Source of the DNA: a bacterium
GTDB lineage: Bacteria > Electryoneota > Electryoneia > Electryoneales > Electryoneaceae
NCBI GenBank assembly: GCA_963675295.2
Contig: CAXXKJ010000002.1
Location: 3,072,001 to 3,136,000, forward strand
Direction of reading: 5' to 3'
DNA length: 64,000 bases
This document shows, in pieces, positions 46,055-55,273 of this stretch; position 1 is the stretch's first letter, and the number at the start of each line of letters is the position of its first letter. The notes beneath the pieces are model-generated. The model saw nothing but the letters and a program-made list of their open reading frames with translations, had not been told where the DNA came from and did not search any database. A program made the position numbers and the translations under genes.

Positions 46055-47719
46055 ATGAAAACTCGCGACGCCATGATTGTGCTGCTCGTTTTATTGACGC
46101 TGACAGGTTCGTGCTTCGCTGGGGCGTACACCCCTCCCCCGCCGGTGCCGGATGACAGTGCGCCAATTCCGAAGCCGGAGTTTTCCGGCGCGCTGGATGA
46201 CTTCGCGGAAGGTATCAACTACGAATTCATTTACAGCCTGAAGAATACGCTGAACATCAGCCGTCAAATCCGTTGGCTGACCGATACACCGAAGCAGGCG
46301 TTGAACGTCAACGCGTTCGGCGAGGTGGACGATAATTCGTGGTTCACCAACCGGAACGCGCTGCACCCAATGAGCCTCGACGAAATCTCTCGCGGGGCGT
46401 GCCGTGGTGACGGTCCGGACACGGAACACACGTGGATCATCAAGCGTGCGAAAGCGGAAGGTGTCACTCCCGGCTTTCACATCAAGGACGCCCGCGGCGA
46501 CCGCTACGTCATCAAGTTCGACCCGATCGGCTACGGTGGGCTGAATTCCGGCGCGGATGCCTGTGGCGCGATATTCTTTTACGCGGCAGGCTACAACGCC
46601 CCTGAGAACTACATCGTCTACTTCGATCCCTCGATCCTGCAGCTTGATCCGGACGGCGTATCGTTCACCGATTCCGATGGCCGCAAGCGGCATATGACCG
46701 AAGAGGATCTGGAGGCCGTACTGGACCGTGTCAACATTCTGCCGGACGGCCGCATCCAGTGCCTCGCCAGCAAGTACATCCAGGGCGATCTGCTCGGTCC
46801 GTTTTCGTTCAAGGGCACGCGCGAGGATGACCCCAACGACTTCGTCCCGCACCATCACCGGCGCGAGTTGCGCGGGCAGAAGGCGTTCGCGGTGTGGGTC
46901 AATCACTACGACGCCAAGGGCGCGAACTCGATGGACGCCTACGTCGGCGAAGACGGCGATGGGCATGTCGTCCACTACATGATGGACTTCGGCACCGTGC
47001 TCGGTTCGGGCGGACGCGGCCCGTATCCGCTCTTCCGTGGTTACGAGGACGAAATCCCGACTGGTCCGTTGATGCGGAAGATTGTCACCCTCGGTCTCGA
47101 TGTCCGCGACTACGAAAAGCCGGACCCGGTGCTGTATCCGAGTGTCGGCCGTTTACGCAATGCGTCACTGAACCCGGACAAGTACCGCACTGTGTTCCCG
47201 AATCCGGCGTACGACAACGCCACCGACCTCGATATGTACTGGGGTACGAAACTGGTGACGTCGTTCACCGACGAACAGATCCGGGCGATCATCGAAACTG
47301 GTCCGTATCCGCCGGGCGGGGTTGACCACCTGGTGACCGTGCTCAGCGAACGCCGTGACATCATCGGCCGCACTTACTTCGGCCGGGTCAATTGCCTTGA
47401 CCGGTTCGAGATGGCCGACACGGACGTACTCGCGTTCGACGATCTCTGGGTCGAGATGGGCTACAGCGCGGCGGACGATGTCGTGTACAAATACGAACTG
47501 CAGAATGAGGACGGCGAAGTCCTCTCCTGCGGCGAATTTGCCGGCACCGAGCTCGAGCTGCCTCTGATCCCGGACAGGCTGGGTGAACACAACCAGATAC
47601 GAGTGGAGTTGCGTCTGAAGCGGAGTGATGAAAAGAAGTTCGGGCGATACGTTCGAGTATGGCTCGAAGACGATCTCGCAGGCGGGTATCGTCTCCTCGG
47701 TGTGGAACGGGAGGAATAG
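46055..47719 (+). CDS. Exported protein with atypical protein-kinase-like (HipA/PI3K-like) motifs
   Basis: Signal peptide; KAEGVTPG (G-loop), YVIKFD (beta3 Lys), NHYDAKGAN (catalytic loop), MMDFG. Confidence 0.7.
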   Translation: MKTRDAMIVLLVLLTLTGSCFAGAYTPPPPVPDDSAPIPKPEFSGALDDFAEGINYEFIYSLKNTLNISRQIRWLTDTPKQALNVNAFGEVDDNSWFTNRNALHPMSLDEISRGACRGDGPDTEHTWIIKRAKAEGVTPGFHIKDARGDRYVIKFDPIGYGGLNSGADACGAIFFYAAGYNAPENYIVYFDPSILQLDPDGVSFTDSDGRKRHMTEEDLEAVLDRVNILPDGRIQCLASKYIQGDLLGPFSFKGTREDDPNDFVPHHHRRELRGQKAFAVWVNHYDAKGANSMDAYVGEDGDGHVVHYMMDFGTVLGSGGRGPYPLFRGYEDEIPTGPLMRKIVTLGLDVRDYEKPDPVLYPSVGRLRNASLNPDKYRTVFPNPAYDNATDLDMYWGTKLVTSFTDEQIRAIIETGPYPPGGVDHLVTVLSERRDIIGRTYFGRVNCLDRFEMADTDVLAFDDLWVEMGYSAADDVVYKYELQNEDGEVLSCGEFAGTELELPLIPDRLGEHNQIRVELRLKRSDEKKFGRYVRVWLEDDLAGGYRLLGVEREE

Positions 47720-47720
47720 A

Positions 47721-48959
47721 GTGACGCTTCAGACCTCCTCCCGGATCCTCGTTCTGACCCTCGCCGTGGCGGTGTTGCTGAACGGTTGCGCGTCAAAAGG
47801 ACTGCTCACCGACCGCTACGACGCGGACGAAGTGGCTGTACCGCGGCTACTGCCCGAGGACCTGCACAATCACAACCCGCGCTTTATCGTGATCGGCGAT
47901 GAACAGAAGGGCCGTAGAGTCATCGAGGATTTCTACCGCAAGGAGAATTGGGCGACGTGGTGGCAGCTGGCGGTTCCGTTCTACCAGATCTACCTGTTGT
48001 ACAACGGCATCTCTGGCGGGATCAATTACCTCCGGCACGTGCCGGACGCCGGTGACGAAACGCGCACCATGATGCGGGACGTGCTGTATCGTGACGCGAA
48101 GGAGTTCGGCGCGACGTTCGTCCTTGAAACCGGCGACATCGCCGCTGCGGACGGACGCTACCCCGACCACTGGGAGGTGTTTCTTGAGGGCAAGAAGTGG
48201 TCGCATCCGTTCCTGTCCGAAATTCCCTACGTGCCGACCATCGGCAATCACGAGTGGGCCAACGACACCACCTACGCGTGGCCGAACTACCAGGCGGTGT
48301 TCGACTATCCGCGATTTTACGCGATGGAATTCAAGTCAGCCGTGTTGATCGTGCTGGACTCCAATTTTCTCGTCGACCAGTGGGAGCTGATCCCGGACGA
48401 CGAGCAGGAGAAGCTGTACAAGGAATGGTTCGTCAGCGGCGAAGGTACGTCGTGGCTGGAAAAAACCCTGGCGAAGTATGCCGATAAACCGTTCAAGATT
48501 GTCAGCATGCACCACCCCCCCATTACGTACGGCTGGCACTGGGTTGACTGGTACAAGGACCATTTTGGCCGTAACCTGACAGACAAGCGTCGTGAGCTGC
48601 TGCAATTGTTCGCGGACAGTGGCGTGCAGGCCGTGTTCTCCGGACACGAACACATTTACCAGCACAATCCGACCCACCTGTTATCCGGTGGCAATACGCA
48701 CACTATCCACTTTTATACCAGCAGCGGCGGCGGAGTACCGATTCGGTCCGTGCCACCTGTCGAACAGTTGGAGGAGCTGCGGTACAAGTATCGCCAGGAA
48801 GGGTTGGGCGCTCATCAGCCAACAATCTTGAGTGAGTACCATTATTGTCTGGTGTCTGTCGAGGGTGACCGGCTGATCATCGACACGATGGTCGTGGACC
48901 GTGACGATCCAGAGCATGAATCGAGTTTGTTCGAACGGACGGTGATAGACGCACCCTGA
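47721..48959 (+). CDS. Lipoprotein calcineurin-like metallophosphoesterase
   Basis: Lipobox LNGC; GDEQ, TGD, GNHE, MHHPP, SGHEH; GTG start 1 nt after the upstream stop. Confidence 0.85.
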   Translation: MTLQTSSRILVLTLAVAVLLNGCASKGLLTDRYDADEVAVPRLLPEDLHNHNPRFIVIGDEQKGRRVIEDFYRKENWATWWQLAVPFYQIYLLYNGISGGINYLRHVPDAGDETRTMMRDVLYRDAKEFGATFVLETGDIAAADGRYPDHWEVFLEGKKWSHPFLSEIPYVPTIGNHEWANDTTYAWPNYQAVFDYPRFYAMEFKSAVLIVLDSNFLVDQWELIPDDEQEKLYKEWFVSGEGTSWLEKTLAKYADKPFKIVSMHHPPITYGWHWVDWYKDHFGRNLTDKRRELLQLFADSGVQAVFSGHEHIYQHNPTHLLSGGNTHTIHFYTSSGGGVPIRSVPPVEQLEELRYKYRQEGLGAHQPTILSEYHYCLVSVEGDRLIIDTMVVDRDDPEHESSLFERTVIDAP

Positions 48960-49020
48960 CCGGCACAACCCAATTGATCTGCCAATCGCGCTGCAATCGT
49001 TTCGAGGGGGTAACGATCGA

Positions 49021-50361
49021 ATGACCAATCCATTCCAGGTGATTTCGGGGATCAAGCGCAAGGAATTGCCGCTGGCGCTGCTGATGTTCGCGTATTTCTT
49101 CCTCGTGATCACGAGCTTCTGGATTCTCAAGCCGATCAAGAAGTCGTTGTTCATCTCGTACTACGACGTCGGCGGATTCAATCTGTTCGGCTGGCTGATG
49201 AACGCCTCCCAGGCCGAACTGCTGGCGAAAGTGCTTAACATGGTCGTCGCGGTGGTCGCGGTGACGGTGTTTACGTTGCTCGTGCGACGCATGCGACGGC
49301 AACAACTGACCTACGTTTTCTCCGCCTTTTTCATCATCAGTTACGGTCTTTACACCTTCCTGCTCTCGAACCAGAGCGGCGCGGTGGTGTGGTCATTCTA
49401 CCTCTTCGGCGACCTGTACAGCACGTTGATGGTCGCCACCTTCTTCGCGTTCATGAACGACAGCGTCAATGCCAACGAAGCAAAGCGGATGTACGGCCTG
49501 GTGGTGCTCGGCGGGGTCACCGGCGGCGTGTTTGGTACCAGTTCGCTTCGGCTGTGGATTGACGCGCTGTCGTCGTCCCAGTGGATGTGGGTCCTGATTG
49601 CGGTTGCGTTTGTGATCCTGGTGATCGCGTATGCGGCCGGCCGGCTGGTTGAAAAGCGACCGTTGACCGCGGCGCCCGCACCAGCCCCGAAGCCGAAACC
49701 AGCGAAGGACGAACAGAAATCGTCCAGCAGGAATGCGGCGTTCGAAGGCGCGGCGCTGGTGTTCCGCAGCAAGTATTTGCTGGCGATTGTGGCGATTGTC
49801 GGGTTGTACGAGATCGTCAGCACCATCCTCGACTTTCAGTTTACCGCCACAGTGGCACATTTCAAGGACGGCGCGGAGATTGGTGAACACTTTTCGACAG
49901 TGTTCGCGATCACCAACTGGACCTCGCTGCTGGTGCAATTCTTCCTCACCTCGATCATTCTGTCACGGTTCGGGGTGATGGTCGCATTATCCATCCTGCC
50001 GATGATCATGATTTTTGCGTCTGGTGGATTCCTGGCGGTGCCGATCCTGTGGATGGGCAGCATGTTGAACACGGCGGACAACGGCTTCAGCTATTCAATC
50101 AACCAGTCGGCGAAGGAAACGCTGTATGTCCCGACCGACCGTGATACGAAGTACAAGGCGAAAGCGTTCATTGACATGTTTGTCCAACGGTTCGCAAAGG
50201 CGATAGCGGTCGGAGTGTCGCTGCTGGTGACCAGCATTTTCGCGTCGTTCGAGAGTATCCGTTGGCTGTCTTTGTTCACGATTGCGATTGTCGTGCTGTG
50301 GTTGATCGCGGTACGTTATGCCGGACGGGAGTTCAAGCGGTTGACGCAGGAGTCGAAGTAA
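49021..50361 (+). CDS. NTT/TLC-family (Npt1/Npt2) nucleotide transporter
   Basis: About 12 TMs; ILKPIKKSLF, EAKRMYG, LYVP..KYKAKAFIDMFVQRFAK. Confidence 0.85.
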   Translation: MTNPFQVISGIKRKELPLALLMFAYFFLVITSFWILKPIKKSLFISYYDVGGFNLFGWLMNASQAELLAKVLNMVVAVVAVTVFTLLVRRMRRQQLTYVFSAFFIISYGLYTFLLSNQSGAVVWSFYLFGDLYSTLMVATFFAFMNDSVNANEAKRMYGLVVLGGVTGGVFGTSSLRLWIDALSSSQWMWVLIAVAFVILVIAYAAGRLVEKRPLTAAPAPAPKPKPAKDEQKSSSRNAAFEGAALVFRSKYLLAIVAIVGLYEIVSTILDFQFTATVAHFKDGAEIGEHFSTVFAITNWTSLLVQFFLTSIILSRFGVMVALSILPMIMIFASGGFLAVPILWMGSMLNTADNGFSYSINQSAKETLYVPTDRDTKYKAKAFIDMFVQRFAKAIAVGVSLLVTSIFASFESIRWLSLFTIAIVVLWLIAVRYAGREFKRLTQESK

Positions 50362-50417
50362 AAACAGACCGTGTGGTATCCGTTCTGTGATCTGGGAGTC
50401 TGGCACAGGAGGTCGTG

Positions 50418-51146
50418 ATGAAGTCGTCTCGCTGGTTTGTGATCGGTTTGGTTTTTGTGATCGGGATCGTGTTGCTGCAGCCGGTGCCGGCGCAGTCTCA
50501 GAACCGTGGCTGGGAACGGTTCTACGAGGAGAATCTCGACCATTTCGTGCAATTCGGCCTCGAGAACGGTGTCAACCTCGCATGGGCACACCGGTTCCAG
50601 GAAACGAACTTCCTGCGCTACGGGTTGGATCTGCGGCTTGAGGACGGCACTCGTGACGACAAGTGGGTCAGGCCGGACACCACCACCTGGCAAAACGAGT
50701 CGACCGATCAATTCAATATCCGGCTGCATGTCGACTACCTGAAGCCCGTTTATCCGTATGAGGCGGTTCGTCTGTATATCGGCGCGGGTCCGTTGTTTGG
50801 CTTGACTTGGTCCAACGACGAATTTTCGGAGCCGGTGGATCCAAATCTCGGCCTGCCGAACGAGAAACGCACGAGCGAGTACCAATCCTGGGAGATGGGC
50901 GCACGGGCGCTTGTCGGCGGCGAATATGCGCTCAACAGCCGTCTCAGCTTCTTCGCCGAGGTCAGCTTCGATGTTGTCCATATCTGGTCAAAAAGCGAGC
51001 AGAAGCGGAACGACCTGAGGTACGATGCCAACAGCGATTCGTATAGCATGGAATACTCGGTGTACACCGTCGAGAACAAGGACTGGGACATCGACATGAG
51101 CAACGTGATGATCGGCGTGACCTTCCGCTACGGCGAGGCACCCTGA
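50418..51146 (+). CDS. Outer-membrane beta-barrel protein (small, OmpA/OmpW-like)
   Basis: Signal peptide; RLYIGAGP, ALVGGEY, SFFAE, NVMIGVTFRY; paralog of 51527-52246. Confidence 0.75.
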   Translation: MKSSRWFVIGLVFVIGIVLLQPVPAQSQNRGWERFYEENLDHFVQFGLENGVNLAWAHRFQETNFLRYGLDLRLEDGTRDDKWVRPDTTTWQNESTDQFNIRLHVDYLKPVYPYEAVRLYIGAGPLFGLTWSNDEFSEPVDPNLGLPNEKRTSEYQSWEMGARALVGGEYALNSRLSFFAEVSFDVVHIWSKSEQKRNDLRYDANSDSYSMEYSVYTVENKDWDIDMSNVMIGVTFRYGEAP

Positions 51147-51526
51147 TCACACGGTGCTACAGTGTTGCTGTGATATAGCGTGCGTGATCCAGTCCCGGGT
51201 TGCGCACGTTTTCTCTCTCCGGGTAGCCCCGCTTTCACGCCTGTGTGTTCTTTGCCCCACAGCCGTATCCTCCGCCCCACGCCTGCCACCGGTCGATCTG
51301 GCGGATGGCTCCTCGCTGCCCGAGCCTGAGAGACTTCGCATCCTTGTTGTATGAACAAACTTGACGGCTATCTCCCTGCTTTTGGGAGTCATTGGCATCT
51401 CCTTTGCGTGCTTTTCGGGCAGAATTGGAGGGAACAACCATCGTTTTCAAGCGTTCGTCATCATCTATGGAGATTCAATTCGATTGATAGATTCGGAGGG
51501 ATTTTTTTAACTTGGAGAGGGGCATC

Positions 51527-52246
51527 ATGAACACGAAGCATGGTTTGCTTGCTGGAATCATTGTACTCTTGCTATTAGTAATGGCATTACCCGTATCTTC
51601 AGGACTTTTTGAAGACGATGAAGAGTATTACAGCGATGATCACCCGAATATGATCCAGTTTGGACTGGATGAGACGGTCACCCTGGCTTGGGCACACCGG
51701 GCGTTCGGTGAGTACCTGATCCGCTACGGTGTCGACCTCAACTATTGGGGTTCGGACGAGGAGATAACCCGGACCTACGCGGACCCGGACACGACGCTGT
51801 TCGACGCGGGTAGCGGCCACGACTATTACACCAGCCTGCATGTCGATTTCATCAAGCCGTTCGAACCTTACAAGCAGGTGCGTGTGTATGTCGGCGGTGG
51901 CCCGTTCTTCAGCTGGGGTGACCACGAAACCCGTGACAAGGTTTTGATTGATCAGGACTACAATCTCCCTGACTATTTCGCCAAATACACGACGCAAACC
52001 AGCCGTGTCGGTGCGCGTGCGCTGGTCGGCGGTGAGTTTGCGATCAATCAACGCGTTGGTGTCTTCTTCGAAACCGGGATCAAGGCGTACCAGGAATGGA
52101 AAGCGTACAACAACTACGAGAAACAGCCCCTGTTTGACCCGGTTGCTCAGTCCTACTACTATGCTGATCACAAGCGGGAGTACGATTATTCCCGTTGGAA
52201 TGTGAACATGGACAACGTGATGATCGGAATCACGTTCCGCTACTAA
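51527..52246 (+). CDS. Outer-membrane beta-barrel protein, paralog of the upstream gene
   Basis: QFGL..LAWAHR, LHVDFIKP, RVYVGGGP, ALVGGEF, NVMIGITFRY. Confidence 0.75.
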   Translation: MNTKHGLLAGIIVLLLLVMALPVSSGLFEDDEEYYSDDHPNMIQFGLDETVTLAWAHRAFGEYLIRYGVDLNYWGSDEEITRTYADPDTTLFDAGSGHDYYTSLHVDFIKPFEPYKQVRVYVGGGPFFSWGDHETRDKVLIDQDYNLPDYFAKYTTQTSRVGARALVGGEFAINQRVGVFFETGIKAYQEWKAYNNYEKQPLFDPVAQSYYYADHKREYDYSRWNVNMDNVMIGITFRY

Positions 52247-52403
52247 GTTTCAGTTGATGGATCTGTTCTGAACGCGCCCAATCGCGATTCAGACGTCACC
52301 CGGCTCCCGGATTGCCCCATGCACGGTTCGGAGCCGGGTGATTCACGTTGTACCTTGCCGTGCGAATCGAACCCCGAATTTGCAGACAGCCGAACGCGTC
52401 ATC

Positions 52404-55265
52404 ATGCAGAAACCCCTGTTGCGCAAAGCACTCAACCTCGAGCCCGGTGAGGGGAAACGGGCGGCGTTGATGTTCAGCTATATCTTCCTGCTGATCGCTA
52501 CGTTGCTCGTGGTCAAGCCGGTGCGCAACTCGCTGTTCCTCACCCATTTCGGCATTGAAATGCTGCCGTACGCGTTCCTGCTCGTGGCGGTGGTATCCGG
52601 CGTGTTCGTCGCGATTTACACCCGTGTTGCGAACAAGGTCCGGCTGGATAGATTGATCCAGTATACGCTGGGCAGCAGTGTCGCGACAATCATCATCCTC
52701 TGGCTGTTGTTGCAGCTGCACTATGAGGCCGGGTGGTTCTTCTTCCTGCTCTATGTCTGGGTGGCGATCTTCGGGGTGCTGGTCACGACACAGTTCTGGC
52801 TGCTCGCGAATTATGTGTTCAACGTCCGCGAGGCGAAACGCATCTTCGGCCTGCTCGGCGCGGGCGGGATCGCCGGTGGCATCTTCGGCGGCTATTTCAC
52901 CAATATCCTCGCCCCGTTCGCCGGTAGCGAGGACTTGCTGCTGTTTGGTGCGTTGTTCCTGATCGGGTGCATGGTGCTGGTGCAGTTTGTCTGGTCCATG
53001 GGCGCGCAGGAAGCCTACCGCGAACAGACCCAGCGCCGCCGCAAGCGTCAGAGCGCGGACTTCGAAGGCGCAAACCCACTGCAGATTGTCTTTGGTAACC
53101 GCTATTTAACCCTGCTCGCGACGCTGATTGGAATCGGTGTCATCATCGCCAACCTCGTCGACTACCAGTACAGCGCGATCGCGACTTCGGTGATTACGGA
53201 CGAGGACAAGCTGACCGCCTTCTTTGGGTTCTGGCTGTCAACGTTGAGCGTCTTCTCGCTGGTAATTCAGCTGTTGCTAACCAGCCGCGTACTGCGACGC
53301 TACGGTGTCGGCGGATCGTTGTACTTCCTCCCCGGCGGTGTTCTCGTCGGATCGATCATGGTGCTGATCTCCGGCGGATTGACCTCGGCGGTGATGATCA
53401 AGCTGTTCGAGGGCGGGTTCAAGCAGTCGATCCACAAGGCCGGGCTGGAACTGTTGTGGTTGCCGATTCCGACCTCTGTGAAGAACCGGGTCAAGGCGTT
53501 CATTGATATCTTTGTCGACAACACCGCCACCGGCATTGGCGGCCTGCTGCTGATCCTGCTCGCCGACCAGCTCGGCTGGGGAATTGGCGGGGTCAGCGGG
53601 CTGATTATCGGGCTGGTCGCGGTGTGGCTGGTGTTGAATGTGATCGTGCGGCGTGAGTACGTGCAATCCTTCCGCACGGCGATCGAAAAGCGCAGCATCC
53701 GTCTCGATCAGCAGGTGGTCAACGCCCAGGATCCGGCGCTGCTGGAAACAGTCATTCCGGCGCTGGAAACCGGCAACCAGAAGCAGGTGCTGTACGCGCT
53801 GGACCTGATCGAGCATGTGCGGCACGAGGAGATCAAGAAACGACTCACCGCCGTGTTCGAACGGCATCCCTCGCGGGATGTGATCACCCGTGTGTTGCAC
53901 AATGCGTTGCACTATGACGATCTCGACCTGCGTGACATGCTGCAGCCGTACCTGGAGCATGAGGACGCCGAGATCCGGGTCGCGGTGGTGACGTACCTGG
54001 TGACCTGGGCGGACGATCAGGCTGCGGCGTTGACGGAGCTGCTCGCCAATAACAGTGTGCGTGTGCGCATGGCGGCGCTACGTGTGACAGCAGAACTGGG
54101 AAGGCACCAGAAGAATGTCCGCACCGCAATCGATTTTCAGCGGCAGTTTGAAAGCCTGCTGATGCTGTTCGACGAACAGACGGCAGGCGAGGAACCGGAT
54201 GAGGAGTTGATCAGCGCGTTGCGTGTCGAGCTGGCGGAGGTGCTGGGTGCGGTGAACCTGCCGGAGCTGTACCCGTACCTGCACATGCTGCTCGCGGATG
54301 AGTCGGTTCCGGTGCTGCGTGCGGCGGTGCGTGCGGCAGGATCAACGCAGTCGGACGAATTCCTCTACACGCTGGTCGCGCACCTGAACACCAAGTATGT
54401 GCGCAAAACCGCCCGTGACGCGCTCGCGATGTACGGCGAGGCGCAGATCCCGATGTTCATCGATCGGCTCAACGATCCCACCGAGAACCAGTACATCCGG
54501 CTCAGCATTCCGGGCGTGCTCGCACGGATCGGGACTCAGGCCGCCGCCAAGGCGTTGCAGGACAATCTCGTCCAGGACAACATTCACTTGCGGCACGAAT
54601 GCATCCGTTCGTTGAACCGGCTGCGCAACGAGTACGAAGATCTGCGGCTCGATCGTTCGCAGCTGGACGAAAACCTGCTCGAGGAAGCGCGAACGTATTA
54701 CTTCACACTCGAGATACTGCAGCAGCAGGTGGATGGGCGGGATAGCGTTGCGTCGCGTTTCGCGTCTGAGAATTTTCCGCGTGCCCGTAAGCTGCTGGTC
54801 CGGGCGTTGGAAGAGCGGCTCGATCGTAATCTCGAGATCATCTTCCGGCTGCTGGGACTGCGTTACGTGCCGGAAGACATGAAGAACGCGTACATGCAGG
54901 TGACCGGTTTGAAAATGGACTTGCGTGCGGACGCAATCGAGTTTCTCGACAACGTGCTCGATCAGAAGTTGAAACGGGTTGTGTTGCCGATGGTGGAAAC
55001 GCCGAACGTGGATGTTAAACTCGAGCATGGACGCGAGTTGTTCAGCCACGATCCGCCGTCCGGCGAGTATTGCCTGCAGATGCTGCTCGAAGGCGACGAC
55101 GATTGGCTCAAGGTGTGTACTTTGTATGCGATCGGCGAGAGTGGTGACCGGTCGTTGAGCCCGATGGTTGAGGCGCATCTGATGGCCAGCGAGCGTATCG
55201 TTCGGGAAACAGCTGATCTCGCCTACCGCCGGCTGAATATTGAACTCGACAAGATGGGAGCGTAA
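52404..55265 (+). CDS. NTT-family nucleotide transporter fused to HEAT repeats
   Basis: VKPVRNSLFL, QFWLLANYVFNVREAKRIFG, RVKAFIDIFV; C-terminal HEAT-like repeats (EIRVAVV, VRMAALR, VLRAAVRAAG, RADAIEFLDN). Confidence 0.85.
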   Translation: MQKPLLRKALNLEPGEGKRAALMFSYIFLLIATLLVVKPVRNSLFLTHFGIEMLPYAFLLVAVVSGVFVAIYTRVANKVRLDRLIQYTLGSSVATIIILWLLLQLHYEAGWFFFLLYVWVAIFGVLVTTQFWLLANYVFNVREAKRIFGLLGAGGIAGGIFGGYFTNILAPFAGSEDLLLFGALFLIGCMVLVQFVWSMGAQEAYREQTQRRRKRQSADFEGANPLQIVFGNRYLTLLATLIGIGVIIANLVDYQYSAIATSVITDEDKLTAFFGFWLSTLSVFSLVIQLLLTSRVLRRYGVGGSLYFLPGGVLVGSIMVLISGGLTSAVMIKLFEGGFKQSIHKAGLELLWLPIPTSVKNRVKAFIDIFVDNTATGIGGLLLILLADQLGWGIGGVSGLIIGLVAVWLVLNVIVRREYVQSFRTAIEKRSIRLDQQVVNAQDPALLETVIPALETGNQKQVLYALDLIEHVRHEEIKKRLTAVFERHPSRDVITRVLHNALHYDDLDLRDMLQPYLEHEDAEIRVAVVTYLVTWADDQAAALTELLANNSVRVRMAALRVTAELGRHQKNVRTAIDFQRQFESLLMLFDEQTAGEEPDEELISALRVELAEVLGAVNLPELYPYLHMLLADESVPVLRAAVRAAGSTQSDEFLYTLVAHLNTKYVRKTARDALAMYGEAQIPMFIDRLNDPTENQYIRLSIPGVLARIGTQAAAKALQDNLVQDNIHLRHECIRSLNRLRNEYEDLRLDRSQLDENLLEEARTYYFTLEILQQQVDGRDSVASRFASENFPRARKLLVRALEERLDRNLEIIFRLLGLRYVPEDMKNAYMQVTGLKMDLRADAIEFLDNVLDQKLKRVVLPMVETPNVDVKLEHGRELFSHDPPSGEYCLQMLLEGDDDWLKVCTLYAIGESGDRSLSPMVEAHLMASERIVRETADLAYRRLNIELDKMGA

Positions 55266-55273
55266 ACCAACCG

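Noticed and set aside
51147-51526. Riboswitch or ncRNA in the spacer between the two beta-barrel genes (also 11477-11724)
   Set aside because: Only fragmentary resemblance to c-di-GMP riboswitch motifs; an Infernal/Rfam scan would be needed.
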